A stretch of DNA of 64,000 nt from Dimorphilus gyrociliatus (GCA_904063045.1 CAJFCJ010000012.1:2351180-2415179); one strand, 5' to 3'. Counted from the stretch's first letter, positions 25,279-38,892 are shown. The notes: generated from the sequence alone by a model not told the origin. Numbers and translations are program-made.

Positions 25279-27961
25279 ATGACTCGATGGAACAACAGTG
25301 AAAAGAAGTTGGATAACAGACTTTTATTGAATATAGGTAAATTTCATCATTTGTCATTCATCATTCATTTCTATCTTGCGTTCCTTCTCTTCATCTATCA
25401 AGAACAACGCCGATATACTACTCAACAAGTCTAATCATTTTCCAGTCGCCTCTATTATCTTACTTTCATTTTTCTAAATGCCCATACTCGTTCTTACTTT
25501 TCCAATTGAGGCTGCTATCATTCTTCTTTGTTATACTCCATCTTAGAACATCAGTCAATCGTAAGAAAGACTAAAAGAAAGAAGATAAACTTTAACCTAA
25601 AGATGGCGTTGTCTTAATTAATAACACGTTGATTCATCTATCTCTAAGTCGAATTAATTTATATATTAATAAAGGATTTATCATGGACTTTAGGAGGAAC
25701 CAGACACGAAACCACCGTTTCCACTTTGGAAAGACTACCTAATACACGACTAGGAAAATTGGCAAAATTAAAAGAGGAAGACGAGGCTTACGATCAAGAA
25801 AAAGGAGAATATTTTTTCGATCGGCATTCAAGATGTTTCGAAGTTATACTGCAATATTACAGATCGGAAGAATTACACATAGACAGCAGTCTTTGCGGGA
25901 GCGTTCTACAAAGAGTAAGCTATTCATGCATTATAATACAATACATAGCATACAGTAATGAAAGAAAAAAAGAGATAAAAAGCTTCCATACGAAAACAGC
26001 AACACCGCAAAACTGCAAAAAGTTTGAAATGATAATAAAAAAATAAAAAGACAATAGACACGCTATTGTAGTATTGTAGTCATTCAACAAGACAACGTAA
26101 AAGGAAGCTCTTACGTACAAGCTAAACAAATATGTGATACCTATTTAAGGATACTATCGTATCAATATTAATTAAGGTTTTGTCAGCGTTATACGTAATT
26201 AGCTTGTAATTTTCGATTAGTAAGCAGCATTCTGGTGATAAAGAGAAAGAGAGAGAGAGAGAGATTGAAATTGTTGGCAATGCTTTCTAATTTATTTAAT
26301 ACTAGATCTTATATTTTCATATTAGGAATTTGAATTTTGGGGTCTTCAAGAACAAGATATAGAGCCGTGCTGTTGGTCCGATTATAGTAAATACACTGAA
26401 CATAAACAGACTTTGGCGGATCTTGATCAAAGTTTCGCCTTCGTTGAGGATACCGCGTGGTCCGACCGTTCTTCGGCCTATCGTCGGATTTCTCAACGAT
26501 TATGGACATTCTTGGAGGAACCAAGATCGTCCAGATTGGCAAAATTATATGCCATTATATCCATGTTTTTCGTTGTTCTTTCAATCGGAGTATTTGTATT
26601 GGAAACGCATAAACTATTCCAAGTAGACAAATATACGGGAAAGCCAATGACTGAAGTCGATCCCGACGACAGTACTCCAACAGGTAAGCTGGCTGACTGG
26701 CTATCTGGTTCTTTGATCATTATATATCTTTTATTATTTTCAGGATCAGTAGCCGTTTGCTGTTGTGAAAATGAACGCAAAAATAATACTTCCACCTTAG
26801 CTGAAACTCATATTGTCTTGAAATCGTTAGATTATGTGTGTGTTGTCTATTTTTCATTGGAGATTATTACGCGTGTTTTAGTCGCGCCCGATAAGAAGAA
26901 GTTTATTAAGAGTCCATTAAATATTATAGATCTTGTTTGCTTGTTGCCTCATTACGTAGCTATTGCTCTGGACGCTCTAGATACGTCGGGTGCCACTAGA
27001 ACTCTATTTAAATCTATCATGATGTTAAGGGTAATAAGAGTACTAAGAATATTCAAATTGATGAAACATTATTCAGCTTTCAAGATCCTCGTCTATACAA
27101 TTAAAGGTAAAATCAATCATCCAATCTCAATCTACGTTTCTTCTACTTCTCCATCATCATCCCTAATAACATTTGTCTCTTTATTTCCTAGTTTCGTCCA
27201 AAGAATTATTATTGATGATAATCTTTCTGCTGAGCGGAGTTCTTATGTTTGCCAGTCTAATACACTATGTAGAACCGGAGAATTTTCCAAATATACCTAT
27301 CGGAGTTTGGTGGGCTTTGGTAACTATGACAACAGTTGGATATGGCGATAAATATCCTATATCATACTTGGGATTCGTTATGGGTTCATTCTGCGTGATA
27401 TGCGGCGTACTTGTTATCGCTTTTACAGTCCCCATTGTCGTTAACAATTTCACGTTGTATTACTCCCATGCTCAGACTAGAATAAAGCTGCCGGCCAAGA
27501 AAAAGAAGGCCAGAAGGTTACTTATGGAAATGACTAGGGAAATGGGTAAAAGGAACGCTGAGAGGAAAAGGTCACAAGAACGCGAGAAGCAAAATGATAC
27601 TAAGAATGTACACTTTGACGAGTTGGACAGAGCGAAAGCGTCAAATAGGAATGTCAGAATTTCAAGTCATTCAAGCGACGACAATAATGCTTGTAGTCCT
27701 GTTGAAACAACTAAGCTGCAACATAAAAATTTAGCTAGAGAAATGTTAGCTAAGGCCGAAGATGCTCGTGGAAAGATGGAAGAACAAAAGAGAAAACAAG
27801 AAGAGTTGGTATCGAAAAAGAAGGAGGAAAGAGCTAAAAGACAGAGGCAATTAGCCAGTCAAGCGTCAAATCTACCTTCCATGCCGATAGATTACGTGGT
27901 AAGTCTAAAAAAAAAGGAGGAGAATGAGAGCATTATACAACTGTTGAATATTTATGAGTGA
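25279..27961 (+). CDS. Shaw: Shaw/Kv3-type voltage-gated potassium channel (3' end may be alternatively spliced)
   Basis: Splicing 25336 to 25694 restores the T1 start NRLLLNIGGTRHET. Also YFFDRH, the Zn motif HxxxxxC...CC, S4 LRVIRVLRIFKLMKH, pore WWALVTMTTVGYGD and S6 VIAFTVPIVV. Confidence 0.92.
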
Positions 27962-29927
27962 TAAGTTCAATATTACTAGAGCGACCTTAGTTTAGTAATT
28001 AAATTTTTAAACAGGTGAAAAGAAATATCATAGGAGTAAATTTATCTTTACTATCGATCACCTTAATAAACAGATAGAAAGATAGAGACAGAGAGTGAGT
28101 GAATGGGGAATAAAAGGAACTATAGAGTTCTCCTTCTCCTTTCCTTCAAAAAGTGAAAGTATATAGTGCTCTGTTTCTTTATTTAGTTAAAAATAACAAT
28201 GTTGAAATATTTAAAGCGTATCTTTTCACGTTTAAAACCTACTTGTCCATGAAGGCTTAAATTATTTTTAACATTCTATTCTATGTATTTCATTAATTAA
28301 TTACTTAATTACCATAATAAATATGCATATATAATTAGTTAAATGTATTTTTTTTCAGGGTTAAGAATTTAAGGAACAAACGAGATAACAGATAAGAAGG
28401 AGACTATTAGAAAAATAGACGGGGAATAGAAGAAACAAATAAGATGGTCATTAAACGGGAAAGTATATACATACAATGGTAGAAAGATACTTTAGGTGTT
28501 GGGCCTAATCTTTACGATTTATCTTTATTAATTTTACCCCTATATGTATTCTGTAATTATCTAGTCGTCTAGGCGGGAAATCAACCTTCTCTCCTGATTT
28601 CTTGGAGCTTGTCATCAATTTCCTTTTGTGTCCATTTTGAGTTGTTTCCAATAGAGATATCCGTCTCTACCTTACTTAGCCGACCAACCTTATCTCTCTC
28701 TCTCTCTGAAAACTTGATTAATTTCTTTATAATGTTATAGTATAACTTTGTCAACAGACTCAAAAGAATACATGAGCTGAGTCCTGTCAAACTGATAGGC
28801 CACTTTTTCAATTAAGAAAGTATTAGAATGAATATTTTACATACACAAAAGTCTATAGAACTCATCATGTTCGTAAACCACGTGTAGGGCTAAAATTCGT
28901 AAGAACACCACGTTAAACATAGGCCTTACACCAAAATTATATATCCGCCATTGTATTTATGAAGGGCTTGAGGGATAAGGGTTAGGGATAAGGAAAGATT
29001 TTTTTTTATATAGACATTTTACAGATGCATTTATACATATGCCTAAAAAAAATGAATTATTACAATCGTGTACGTATGAAAATGATGTTTTCTATGAATA
29101 AATTATGAAAAGGCGTGTTAGCAAACAAATATCTCAACTTGATAAAAAATTTTATGTGGTTCAACGACATTGGTCACTGTTTAATTTATTAGACTCAACG
29201 TAGCGTAAAAGTTCAATATCTTTTGTTACAATTTTATAATGTCCCGGAAATCTCTCTCTCTCTGTCTGTCTGTCTCTTTTGTCCTTGATATTATTATTAT
29301 TATTATTAGATTATTAGTTTTACTAATTTAATTTCTTATCACTTTTTGACTTTTGCTTTCTCTTTCTTTCTTTCTTTCTCTCTCTCTCTCTCTCTCTTTT
29401 CCTTTTTCTAACTACATCTCTATCTATTTCTACTCCTTTATCTCTCTCTCTCTCTCAACCTAATGACATTTCTAGATAGTTATTTTCTATATATACCGCT
29501 TATATATATAATGTATACAACTTTCACACTTTCACCACACTCAATTATTGTTTCTATTCAAGCCGATAGGTGGCGGATAGAATAATCAGTATTGTAAACG
29601 GTATAAATTGAAAAAATACCTAAATATACACGAAGGTATAATATTACTTTTACATATAAAAAGACTTGTATATATTTCCCTAAGTAGGTCTCTCGGCGTT
29701 GAAGTTTGATTTACAAACGAAAGGATAAAGAGCGTTAGAGAGGTAAGAGAACAAACGACAAACAGACAACAAGTTAGTAAACATTCTTTAAATATCTTAA
29801 AGCCAGAGAATTATGGTATATTTTCAAAGGGATAGCGAGGAGAGAAAGAGAGAGAGGGAGAGAGAGTGGGAGTGGGACAGGGAAAAATAAAAGAAAAAAG
29901 GACCAGAAGACGAGTAGTAATTCTTGA

Positions 29928-31569
29928 ATGTTTGAATCAATAAGAATGAAGTTTAAAAGTAAATTAATCACAACATGTATCCTAATTAACATCATAACAC
30001 CTATGATTATAATCTACGTACAAATGAGAATGAACGATAATAGCCACGGAACACAAGTAAATTTAAATGGAGTAGTGCCAGAATCTCATAACAAGTTAAT
30101 TTCAACTACAAATCGAAATCGAAAGAATACTATTAAAATATCAAAAATCAAAAAGTATACTAAAAACCCAATTATCTATAAACGAATAGTTAATTGGTCG
30201 AATATTACTAAATCAACTAATGAACTATTAAACAAGAAAAGGAGAGAATTGGTTAAAAATGGTTTTAAGAGAATTAATTACAATTTAAAGAAGAGAAACA
30301 TTACTCAAGTTATTGATTTGAATGATAGGAAAATATTAAAATCTATGAAATTTATTGAAGTTATTGAAATGAGAAGAAATTTTCATGATTTAGCGAATTA
30401 TATGAATGGTGTTTATTATGATTTTACATCAAATAATTGTTCGTTACGTAACTCCATTAGAAAATTAAAAGATTATCCAAAAGCTGATTTAAGAATTAAT
30501 TGTATTACTACAAATAGTAAAAGTAGTAGAAGGAGAACACTAAAGACTTTGAAGGATATTTATATACATTCAACTGATAAAGAGGACAGAATATTATTAG
30601 ATTCTTTGTTTATAATTAAAGATGGTCTTATTGGTTCCGAAGGTGAATTTTATTACAATCAAGCGAGATTTACACCTTTTACGTGTAATCGTAAAACGAA
30701 ATACAACCTTCCTAGTAATCTGGATAATATACCGTATTATAACGAAGTTTTCTCTATTTACCACGTTCATAGTGGCCACAATGACTACTTTCGTGCAACA
30801 GTTGAATCTCTTGCAAGCTTCATTCCCTATTTAAATTGGCTAAGAAATAATCCAACAATCAAAATACACATGATAAGACCAAAGTATACCGTTATAAAGA
30901 ATAAAAATTATGTCTTTAGTCCAATTATATACTGTAGTAATAATAACATTTACTCTAATTAATCTATTTTTATCTTTATAACGGTATGGCAATCAATTTA
31001 ATGAAATAATTGGAATGTTGAAATTAAAAGTGGAACAATTCGTCTTTCATTCATTTGTTAAAGCAAAGATTTTCTATATACCAAAAGGCATTGGAGTTTG
31101 CGATTCTACACTAACTTACTTTCACTTTCAGCTATTAACTCAAACGATTAAGGGTAGCCAAAGTATTGCTCAGAGACGTCGTAATAAAAGAGGCTTTTTT
31201 ATCGATTATTACTCTCTGGAAAAAGGCTTAAGGATTGAAATTGCCAATGAGGCTAAAAAGAGAAACTTTACGGTTTACTGGGATACGCGAAAGAACATTA
31301 CGGTTTCTCAGTCTATTAAAAGCATGGAAAACATTGATATTGTCGTTGTAAGGAACGTTTCACCAATTACATTTAAAACTTTCATTTGGGCTAATAGAGG
31401 AACATTAATTATCGATATTATCTGTAGAAATAATACTAATATGCATATATCAAACTTTTACGATAGACTGGCTCGAGCCTTATCAATGAAGTATCATTCT
31501 GTGATAATAGATGGCGAATGCAGGCATAATTCCAAGTATATTCTCTCCAAGATTAGAGAGGTTCTTTAA
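29928..31569 (+). CDS. Type-II membrane glycosyltransferase, family 61-like (two exons; junction ambiguous)
   Basis: N-terminal TM (LITTCILINIITPMIIIYV) and stem; NDYFRATVESL (variant of a YH/E motif), IKIHM, KAKIFYIP, DIVVVRNVSPITF and IIDI fit a GT61-like C-terminal fold. Family call is from pattern memory. Confidence 0.55.
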
Positions 31570-31668
31570 TGCAATTATACAAAGTAAATATGGATTAATA
31601 AAATACAATTTGATTTTAATAGAATATATAAAACGTTCTAGACGTTATATACATCTAAACATCAGATT

Positions 31669-33576
31669 TTATTCAAACATTTCATCGAAATAATCATTAA
31701 ATTCATCATCTCTTGATTTTTCTTCGACAACTGGAGCAGGGCCAGACCAAATTGACGCAGCATCTTTATTAGATGACACTTTTGATTCATCACTTTCTTC
31801 TGCGTTCTCCCCTTTAATATCTTTGCTGTTAATTTCCTCATCTATTAAGTTCAAAGAAAGAAAAGAAACGTTTAGCATTAAAGAAAATATTTTGTCAGTT
31901 TCTAATAAAGTGGGAAAGCGACTGGAATAGCAAAAGCTAATGTTTCCGAACCTTTATTTCTTTTCCTTTCAACTTTTTCATCATCTTCTTCGGAAGAATC
32001 GGAATGCTTTCGTTTTTTGGCTTTAGCCTTCCTCCTCCTGAAAAAAAAATAAAGAAAAATAGTTCTTCCTTTGTTAGATATTCCTAGAGGGGAAAATAAT
32101 TTGATGAAAAATAATAAATTACTAACTTATGATGATAATTCAGTTTGTCAGAACAGGATGGACAGAGACCTGATATAAAAAATATCAATAAGAAAGAAAT
32201 GATTAAAAGTGATATTCAAGTCATATATATTCTTTTCCATACGTAATTTAACGAGAGCATTCTTTTCCTGATTTTCTTCAACATAACCGAAATTGACTTC
32301 CCAAGATGTTAATTGTTTATGAATTTCACATCTTTTATTACCGCAAATGAATTGCCCTATAGAGAATTAGATATGCACGTATACAGTATATATAGACAGA
32401 TGGATATATAACAATTAGGAAATTAGGCTAATAACCTTTTCCAATCACAACCTCCTTTTCAGTACGCCATCTCATACCTATCTACAAGGAATTTTTTATT
32501 ATTAAAAGTTGTTTATTTTCAATCGATTTACTTTGTTTTCTTTATATCTACTAAGATCGGCAATACAGTATTCTTTGTAGAGTTTATCCCAATATTTTTT
32601 AGCTAATTTCTTCTCCCTATTTCAAAAGAAGAAAAAACATATAAAATCAGCGTATTTCCTATCTATTGAAGCTTTAAGAGGGCAAAAACAAAGAAACAAA
32701 AAGAAAAGAGGGATAGAGAGATTAGAGTGCGTTTTCTACTTACCAACTGTCGATTTCGTCTTCTGATTCTTCCCATAGAAAACGATGATTTTCACGTATG
32801 ACATCCAAGTCCGTTTTATCTTTAGAGCTATATTAAAAATAGTATAATAAGCTTATGGTTTTCTAGAAAAACAAAATTGCGTATATTTACCTATCTCGTT
32901 TGAAATCTGATCTTCGACCTCCGTAGTACTGTAGATAGTCATTAATCATCTTTTTATGTCTGGAATACTAACAGAGGGAGAGAATAGTAAAGAAATTATA
33001 TACTCTTTTGTATAATGTATGATTGGCCTAAATAATAAAATTCCTTACAGCATCTAAACTCAGAAAATGAAGGCGATGTGTCCTCAATTCTTCTCTGTTA
33101 TAAAATTTTTCATATAAGAAACTCAATAAAAAATTTTAAGAGGAAATTTAAATACAAAAATGAATTATATTATTTTACTTTTCATATTCTGTAACAACAT
33201 TCTGTTTCGATGGTAACTTTTCTCGGCTTTTACGTGGCTTTGAGGCTAGGTCTGTGACTTTAATTCTGTAAATTGATTCATAATGTTTAATGAATTATTA
33301 TGTATACCGTATTCAGTTCAATTAATTTCCTTACCTACGATTTTCAAGTTCACTTTCATAACTAAAGTCGGACGCGTAGTCGTCAGTGTTGACAATTAGC
33401 TGTAGAAATAATTGAATATATACCCCCAAATTATTTAAATAACAATTTAGGAACGTCCGCAATGTTACGAACGAAGAATATACAGCCTTTGGTTTTACTC
33501 TAAAGCTAATAAATTAATACTATTTTGTAATTATTTGTTTTTTTACCTTAAATGTTCCAGAGTTTTGATGTTGCAT
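31669..33576 (-). CDS. FRA10AC1: Protein FRA10AC1 homologue (spliceosomal C complex)
   Basis: About 12 short exons give LSLDAYSRHKKMINDYLQYYGG, DKTDLDVIRENHRFLW, YKEYCIADLSRYKENK, MRWRTEKEVVIGKGQFICGNKRC, SWEVNFGYVE, KNALVKLRLCPSCSDKLNYHHK and DEFNDYFDEMFE*. Confidence 0.92.
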
Positions 33577-34167
33577 TCTTCTTTAGGGAGAATTGTTTGA
33601 TAGTTTAGTTGGGCAAAAGTAATCGAATTCTTAAAAAATATAGACAAAACACAAAATTCTGGTTTTATCGCTCAACAATATTTTGATACGAAAAGTAATC
33701 GTGCTTCTCGCCTTAGCTAGACAAAGCGCCATCTATCATTACGTAAAAAATATCTTTTAAATTTGAAGATATATGTTATTAAAACTCACTAATAACTGAT
33801 AGGTTGACAATGACACACATATATATATATATATTTGCATATGAATATGTGGCAACATATGATCTTTTATGAAAAATACGATGAATTTGTCTAGTTTTGT
33901 TGTGAGAAATCGATTATTTTTGCACAGAATAAGGTCAATTCGAGCAGTATTTAAGAGAGTTGAATTCAAAAGACAGATTAAACTTTCCAGAATTAATATT
34001 TACTTAATGTAGGAATAAAAGTGTTTAGGTAAATATTTTATTTAAAAAATAAGATAAAAATAGTAGAAAATATGAAACGAAAACGAAAAATGTTCTTTTA
34101 TTCTTGTAAAGAAGAAGTTTTCTTCCTTCCCATTTGATATTCTTGTAATGATTTTGTTTCATTCTTA

Positions 34168-36084
34168 CTAGTTTAATTGGACTATACAATAACAAATAGG
34201 CCTAAGCTCTGGAACTCTATCCATAATGCAATGGGGCTGTTTACCGTATCGATTTATCCTCGATATTTGGGTCATATCCGCAGATAATGAATTATTAATT
34301 AGATTTAATTTGACGGTCGCCTCGTACCTTCCATTGTTTGGTAGGGTGATAAAATCAACCCTTATACGAGCATCATCTGCTTTCATTTCGTCTGATAAAT
34401 CAGCTACACGACCATGTTGATCGCTACTCTTTTTAAATTTTAATACATCGCTGTTATGCTCTAGTTTTAAAGCGGAAATAACAGAACCCAGCTTTAGCTT
34501 AGAACATGACTTAGAAAACGGCACAAGATGAGAATTAAACAGACTTATGACACTTTCGGCTGATTTCGTCACTAAGGGATCAGTTATTTTTAATTTTTTC
34601 CAAGAGAGACACGAACACCAGTGGGCTTCTATTCCAGCTTTGTTGCAAGTCCTATCTAAAGGTATGTCTTTTAAGATGGATAATCCTCTCTTCCTTTCAT
34701 CAATAACTTCGAAAGGATCAAAATTAAGAATATCCTCGAAGGTAGCGTGAATGTCGAAAGGTGTTGTTAGTCTGTTGGCATTTTGTTGGAGCGTTGCTCT
34801 GGCATTGGGATACATTTTATCAAAGTCGTCGGGTATTCTAATAGAAAAATATGGATTTCGCTCTTCGTATTTTCCCTGAATATGGGCTCTAAGCGAAAGA
34901 AATCTTGGTCCATGATCCGCCATTAATATGACGAAGGTATTTTTCAAAATATTATCGTCCTTAAGGTGCTTTAACCATTTCTTCATATCTTCATCAGCTA
35001 TCGATAATTGCTTAGTATAGCCGTGGGTATATACGGAATGGAATAGAAATGAGAATTTAGGCGTCTCCTCTCCTTTATACACTCTCCATAATTCGTCAAT
35101 CCAATTAGTCATCTGTTTATGAGTTGGAACCGAACCCAAACAGAATTTCTTATGAACAGCCCTCTCGAAAGGTCTCAGGTAATAGTCGGTTGGCGGATCC
35201 TTAAATCCTAGCATTCTAAATTGAAAAGTACCGAAGCTTTGTCCGTCCTCACCCCACTGGGTGACGTATCCATCGTTCGAAAATTGTTTCCATATCCAAG
35301 GGTGATTGTCGACTTGAACCGCATCTGCATGACCTCTCCTCGCCTCGGGTAATTCTACTTCCGTTTTGCCAGTTAAAATTGGTAAAAGAGCCTGAGGAGT
35401 GCCGTCGCCAACAATATTATAAGATTCTAGGACAGTTGCGTTAAGGACTTTAGTCCAATAGTGATGAGTTTGCGGAAGTAATCTCATCCACTGCATTCTG
35501 GACACACTATCAAAGCCAAACATAAGTACATTCCATTTCTTTCTACTTGCTTTTCGTTTATTCTTTTGGAATTTCTCTCTCTTCTTTATTGCCGAATAAT
35601 AGGTTCTAAATGTTTTGGTTAAACTATCCTTTCTTCCGATACAATCAAGTCGGAAGAAGTCGCTCGGTATCTTCGAACCAGCAACCAAACCAGTAATTTT
35701 TGCTTCCTCTCTCTCAGTAAAATCATTTACCCTTACAATTGGCGTTGCTTGGCATTGAATATCCGTGATATCAGTTACTTGAACTTGTAGTGTACCGTTA
35801 ATAACTATAATCCAATCTCTTTCACTTGAGCATCCCATAGGTTCAATATTATCTTCATTATATATTTTTCTTATCTCCTCAGGCCATAATTCTAGCTTGT
35901 CCTTAACACACTGAAGTCTTTTTGGGCTAACAATACTTTTACCTTGCAATAGTTGAATAATGCTATATTTACCACCATTAGTCTGACTTGAACCAAAACC
36001 TCCCCAACTTCGCAGAAAGAATATATAGGTAAAAGAAGAGAAGACAACTGATATAAAGATCAAATTCTTGAATCTACATTTCAT
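34168..36084 (-). CDS. DUF229 alkaline-phosphatase/sulfatase-superfamily type-II membrane protein (638 aa, single coding exon)
   Basis: N-terminal TM; NVLMFGFDSVSR, YNIVGDGTPQALLPILTG, LMADHGPRF, GKYEERNP, RLTTPFDIHAT, RTCNKAGIEAHWCSC and RINRYGKQPHC...CYC. Confidence 0.9.
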   Translation of the reverse strand: MKCRFKNLIFISVVFSSFTYIFFLRSWGGFGSSQTNGGKYSIIQLLQGKSIVSPKRLQCVKDKLELWPEEIRKIYNEDNIEPMGCSSERDWIIVINGTLQVQVTDITDIQCQATPIVRVNDFTEREEAKITGLVAGSKIPSDFFRLDCIGRKDSLTKTFRTYYSAIKKREKFQKNKRKASRKKWNVLMFGFDSVSRMQWMRLLPQTHHYWTKVLNATVLESYNIVGDGTPQALLPILTGKTEVELPEARRGHADAVQVDNHPWIWKQFSNDGYVTQWGEDGQSFGTFQFRMLGFKDPPTDYYLRPFERAVHKKFCLGSVPTHKQMTNWIDELWRVYKGEETPKFSFLFHSVYTHGYTKQLSIADEDMKKWLKHLKDDNILKNTFVILMADHGPRFLSLRAHIQGKYEERNPYFSIRIPDDFDKMYPNARATLQQNANRLTTPFDIHATFEDILNFDPFEVIDERKRGLSILKDIPLDRTCNKAGIEAHWCSCLSWKKLKITDPLVTKSAESVISLFNSHLVPFSKSCSKLKLGSVISALKLEHNSDVLKFKKSSDQHGRVADLSDEMKADDARIRVDFITLPNNGRYEATVKLNLINNSLSADMTQISRINRYGKQPHCIMDRVPELRPICYCIVQLN

Positions 36085-37325
36085 CCTGTAAAATAATTGA
36101 AAGCTTAAAGGAAAGATTTATTGAAATGAATATCCAATAAGCCTAATATCGTACGCCTTAAACTGCACTGATAAAAGGCAAGTTTTAGCTGATTGTCTCT
36201 GTTTTACAGATAGTCTAATCATGTGTTGAGCATAAATCGGTTGAGATAAATTGTGACTGTATCATTTAATTACTACATTGAATATAACATTAACAATAAA
36301 TAATTTATGTTCCCGTGTTAACCATGCTGTCTATAAATCCCTCGTTTCCTCTTATACTAATATATATATATTTATATAAACATATCTTCATGTTACTTTC
36401 TATATACATGGTATTTTTAGCATCTCTGAGCATCTTGAATAGATTGCTCCCGATTCGTTAAAATATATAATTATATACAGAGATTATTCACCTTATAGAA
36501 GAATTCTTTCATTCATTTGCAGTATGGCCTTTCCTTTATTGAGACAGATGTAATTGTCCCTTACAAATTTTAGTATACTCCACTAGACGGTGCTGTCTTG
36601 GATCACCAACGGCTTATTAATTATCGATTTTTTGCATCGTTTTCACGTTGTAAAATCTTTATCAAGCAAAATGTAAACGTGTTTTCCTAAGTTATTAAAC
36701 CACTAGCAAACGTTTTCTTTTCCTCGAGCAGCAAGATAGAAGAAACTGCTTCCACCTACATTAAAAGACTATAGATTGCAGGCAAGCACCAACGCCATCT
36801 AAGTAATTTTAATATATTATTTATAGCGGTGGGCGCCTCAAAAAGAACATTTCAAAATTTAATCAAACATTTTTCAACTCTTTCCTTCATTTGCAAATAA
36901 ATCAATTGTGTCAGGTATTATTTACATTCAACTAGTAATTAACTCATTACTTAAATATTTCATTATTTATCTCCCTCTCGTTCGTTCGATCTCTCTTTTG
37001 GCCTATCTCCGTCAATGTACAGATGTTGAGAAACAAATTTTTTATTTATTCAGTTTGTTAAAATTTAACCAGTTCTTTATTAATCTTTAAATAAATAACA
37101 CTTTTTTAATTAAAAGAAAGTCTTTGAGCCATTTTACGCTGAGAATTTTATAGCAGTAATCCTTACTTCAGTGCCATCTATTGTATAAATTATTAATACT
37201 TATTAGAGTTAGGCGAAGGTTGTCTATATCGTGTATAAATTGGTAAAACACCGACTTGCAGATTTTTTTTATATCTATCTTTTAGTCTACGGAGAATTGC
37301 TCTGTCAATAAGAGTCAAAAAGTAG

Positions 37326-37420
37326 CATCTCCGGTGGGACTCGAACCCACAGCCTCCGAATATCTTTGAAAGATGTCACCGACTAGAAGTCCGACGCGCT
37401 ATCCATTGCGCCACGGAGAC
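37326..37420 (-). tRNA. trnR-TCT: tRNA-Arg(UCU) with a 22-nt intron
   Basis: GTCTCCG TGGCGCAATGGATAGCGC GTCGGA CT TCT A [GTCGGTGACATCTTTCAAAGAT] ATTCGG AGGCT GTGGG TTCGAGT CCCAC CGGAGAT G. A and B boxes are intact; the intron lies after position 37 and contains a small ATCTT/AAGAT hairpin. Confidence 0.95.
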
Positions 37421-38892
37421 CCACGATAAATTGGGTAGCCGTTACACGCTAACTATTCGAGTATATCCATTTTTCAATTTACAGGCCTATGCTACTTCAT
37501 CATAACCTCTAGCTGCTCTCTACATTTCCTTGTACCACTAGACTCTTTGAATTTTAATGTTGAGTGTCTGTTATTTCCGTGACGCAATTTGTTTCTTCCT
37601 ATCTCTTCCTCTCTTCTTTATTATTTGTTGTTGTGCGTTTATTACTTATTACTTAGAAAAGACGTTTCAAAATTACAATGTTACATAGTGTATTCTAAAG
37701 TTATTTAAGATTATTCTAATAGAGTGTCAATTTCATTAAATCCTATAATGAAAAACACCCTTCAAGTGTAGTGTAGATTACTCGAAGAGGTGTTATATAA
37801 CAACTAGATCGACCTAGTTGGAGATCCATAAATTACTAAAGAGTTTGATGAAAAAGTAGATAAGGAAGAAATCCAGATAAAATAGAACACGAGTACAAAT
37901 GTTTCTTATTAAATTTAATTTATAGAAATACCGCATATTGGCTGTATTAAAATAGCAAAAAGTCTGCAAAGTACATGAACTTTTGACCTTTTGAAAAAAA
38001 ATATAGAGTATATACATATATATATATTATATCAATTAGTAATTATTCATGATTTGTAAAATGAACTATTTTATATGAATGATAAGTTGAATAGTCACTT
38101 TAAATGGTATATTTTCGTATTTTGCTAAGAGTACGTATAAAATCAAATAAAAGCTTTTAGAGGGATTGTTTTATCTTTTATTGCAGACATCATTTTACAC
38201 TGTTGGAGAAAATAATAAAATATATTGATAAGTAGTTTTGTTTACTTGATTATTCCTTGATAAAAATTGAAGATAACGTTATGTTTTTTATGTAGAAAAT
38301 GATAATTAAGTATTTTTAGCCATGTTGAATAGATGTAAATAGTTATGAAGCGTAATATACAGAATTTTTAAAGATTGTATATATGCATTCATACACCAAT
38401 GACGATAAATCGAATATCTAAAAATCTTCCCTCTTCTTTAAGAAGCTGACTCTGTCATCAATGGCTAGTAATTGGTACATGTCTGATAGGTAGTATTCAG
38501 GCCTTATCTTCCCTCTTATATTGGACAGGACATCAATTATATCTGTAACAACTTTATCATATTATATATATATATATATTAAATCTTTCAATCGACCTTA
38601 CAGTATATCTTAATAATAGCGTTTTAAAATTCAGAGGATTTACAAACAAATAAACGCTCTTAAAAAAGAACGTATTGTTTTGACAGTAGACATAGAATGC
38701 TTTAGAATATACAGTACATAAATATAATATACTTTTCTTAAATCGTTTCTTAGACATGTTCATATTGTATTTCTTATAAATGGTCGGCACATTACTTTTC
38801 AGTGTTCCCTAAGCTCTTAATATATAAACTATATAAAGATTACTGCTATATTTAATCGTTTCCTTCATAGTATTTTCCAATTTTTGTACACC

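Noticed and set aside
26684-26743. Extra hydrophobic segment in the Kv3 S1-S2 linker
   Set aside because: It is a 60-nt stop-free intron with a strong GTAAGC donor and a TTTTCAG acceptor; the hydrophobicity comes from T-richness.
28581-28811. 76-aa minus-strand ORF downstream of Kv3
   Set aside because: TTG start, spans an (AG)n run, and has no recognisable motif or convincing splice signals.
28972-28992. TTAGGG / GGGATAAGG repeats suggesting a telomeric relic
   Set aside because: Only one TTAGGG and two short imperfect units, consistent with chance.
38418-38542. Exon-like frame (IIDVLSNIRGKIRPEYYLSDMYQLL...EDF*) downstream of the TLC gene
   Set aside because: It needs a phase-1 donor, and none exists before the TLC stop at 38893. 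No upstream exon could be linked.
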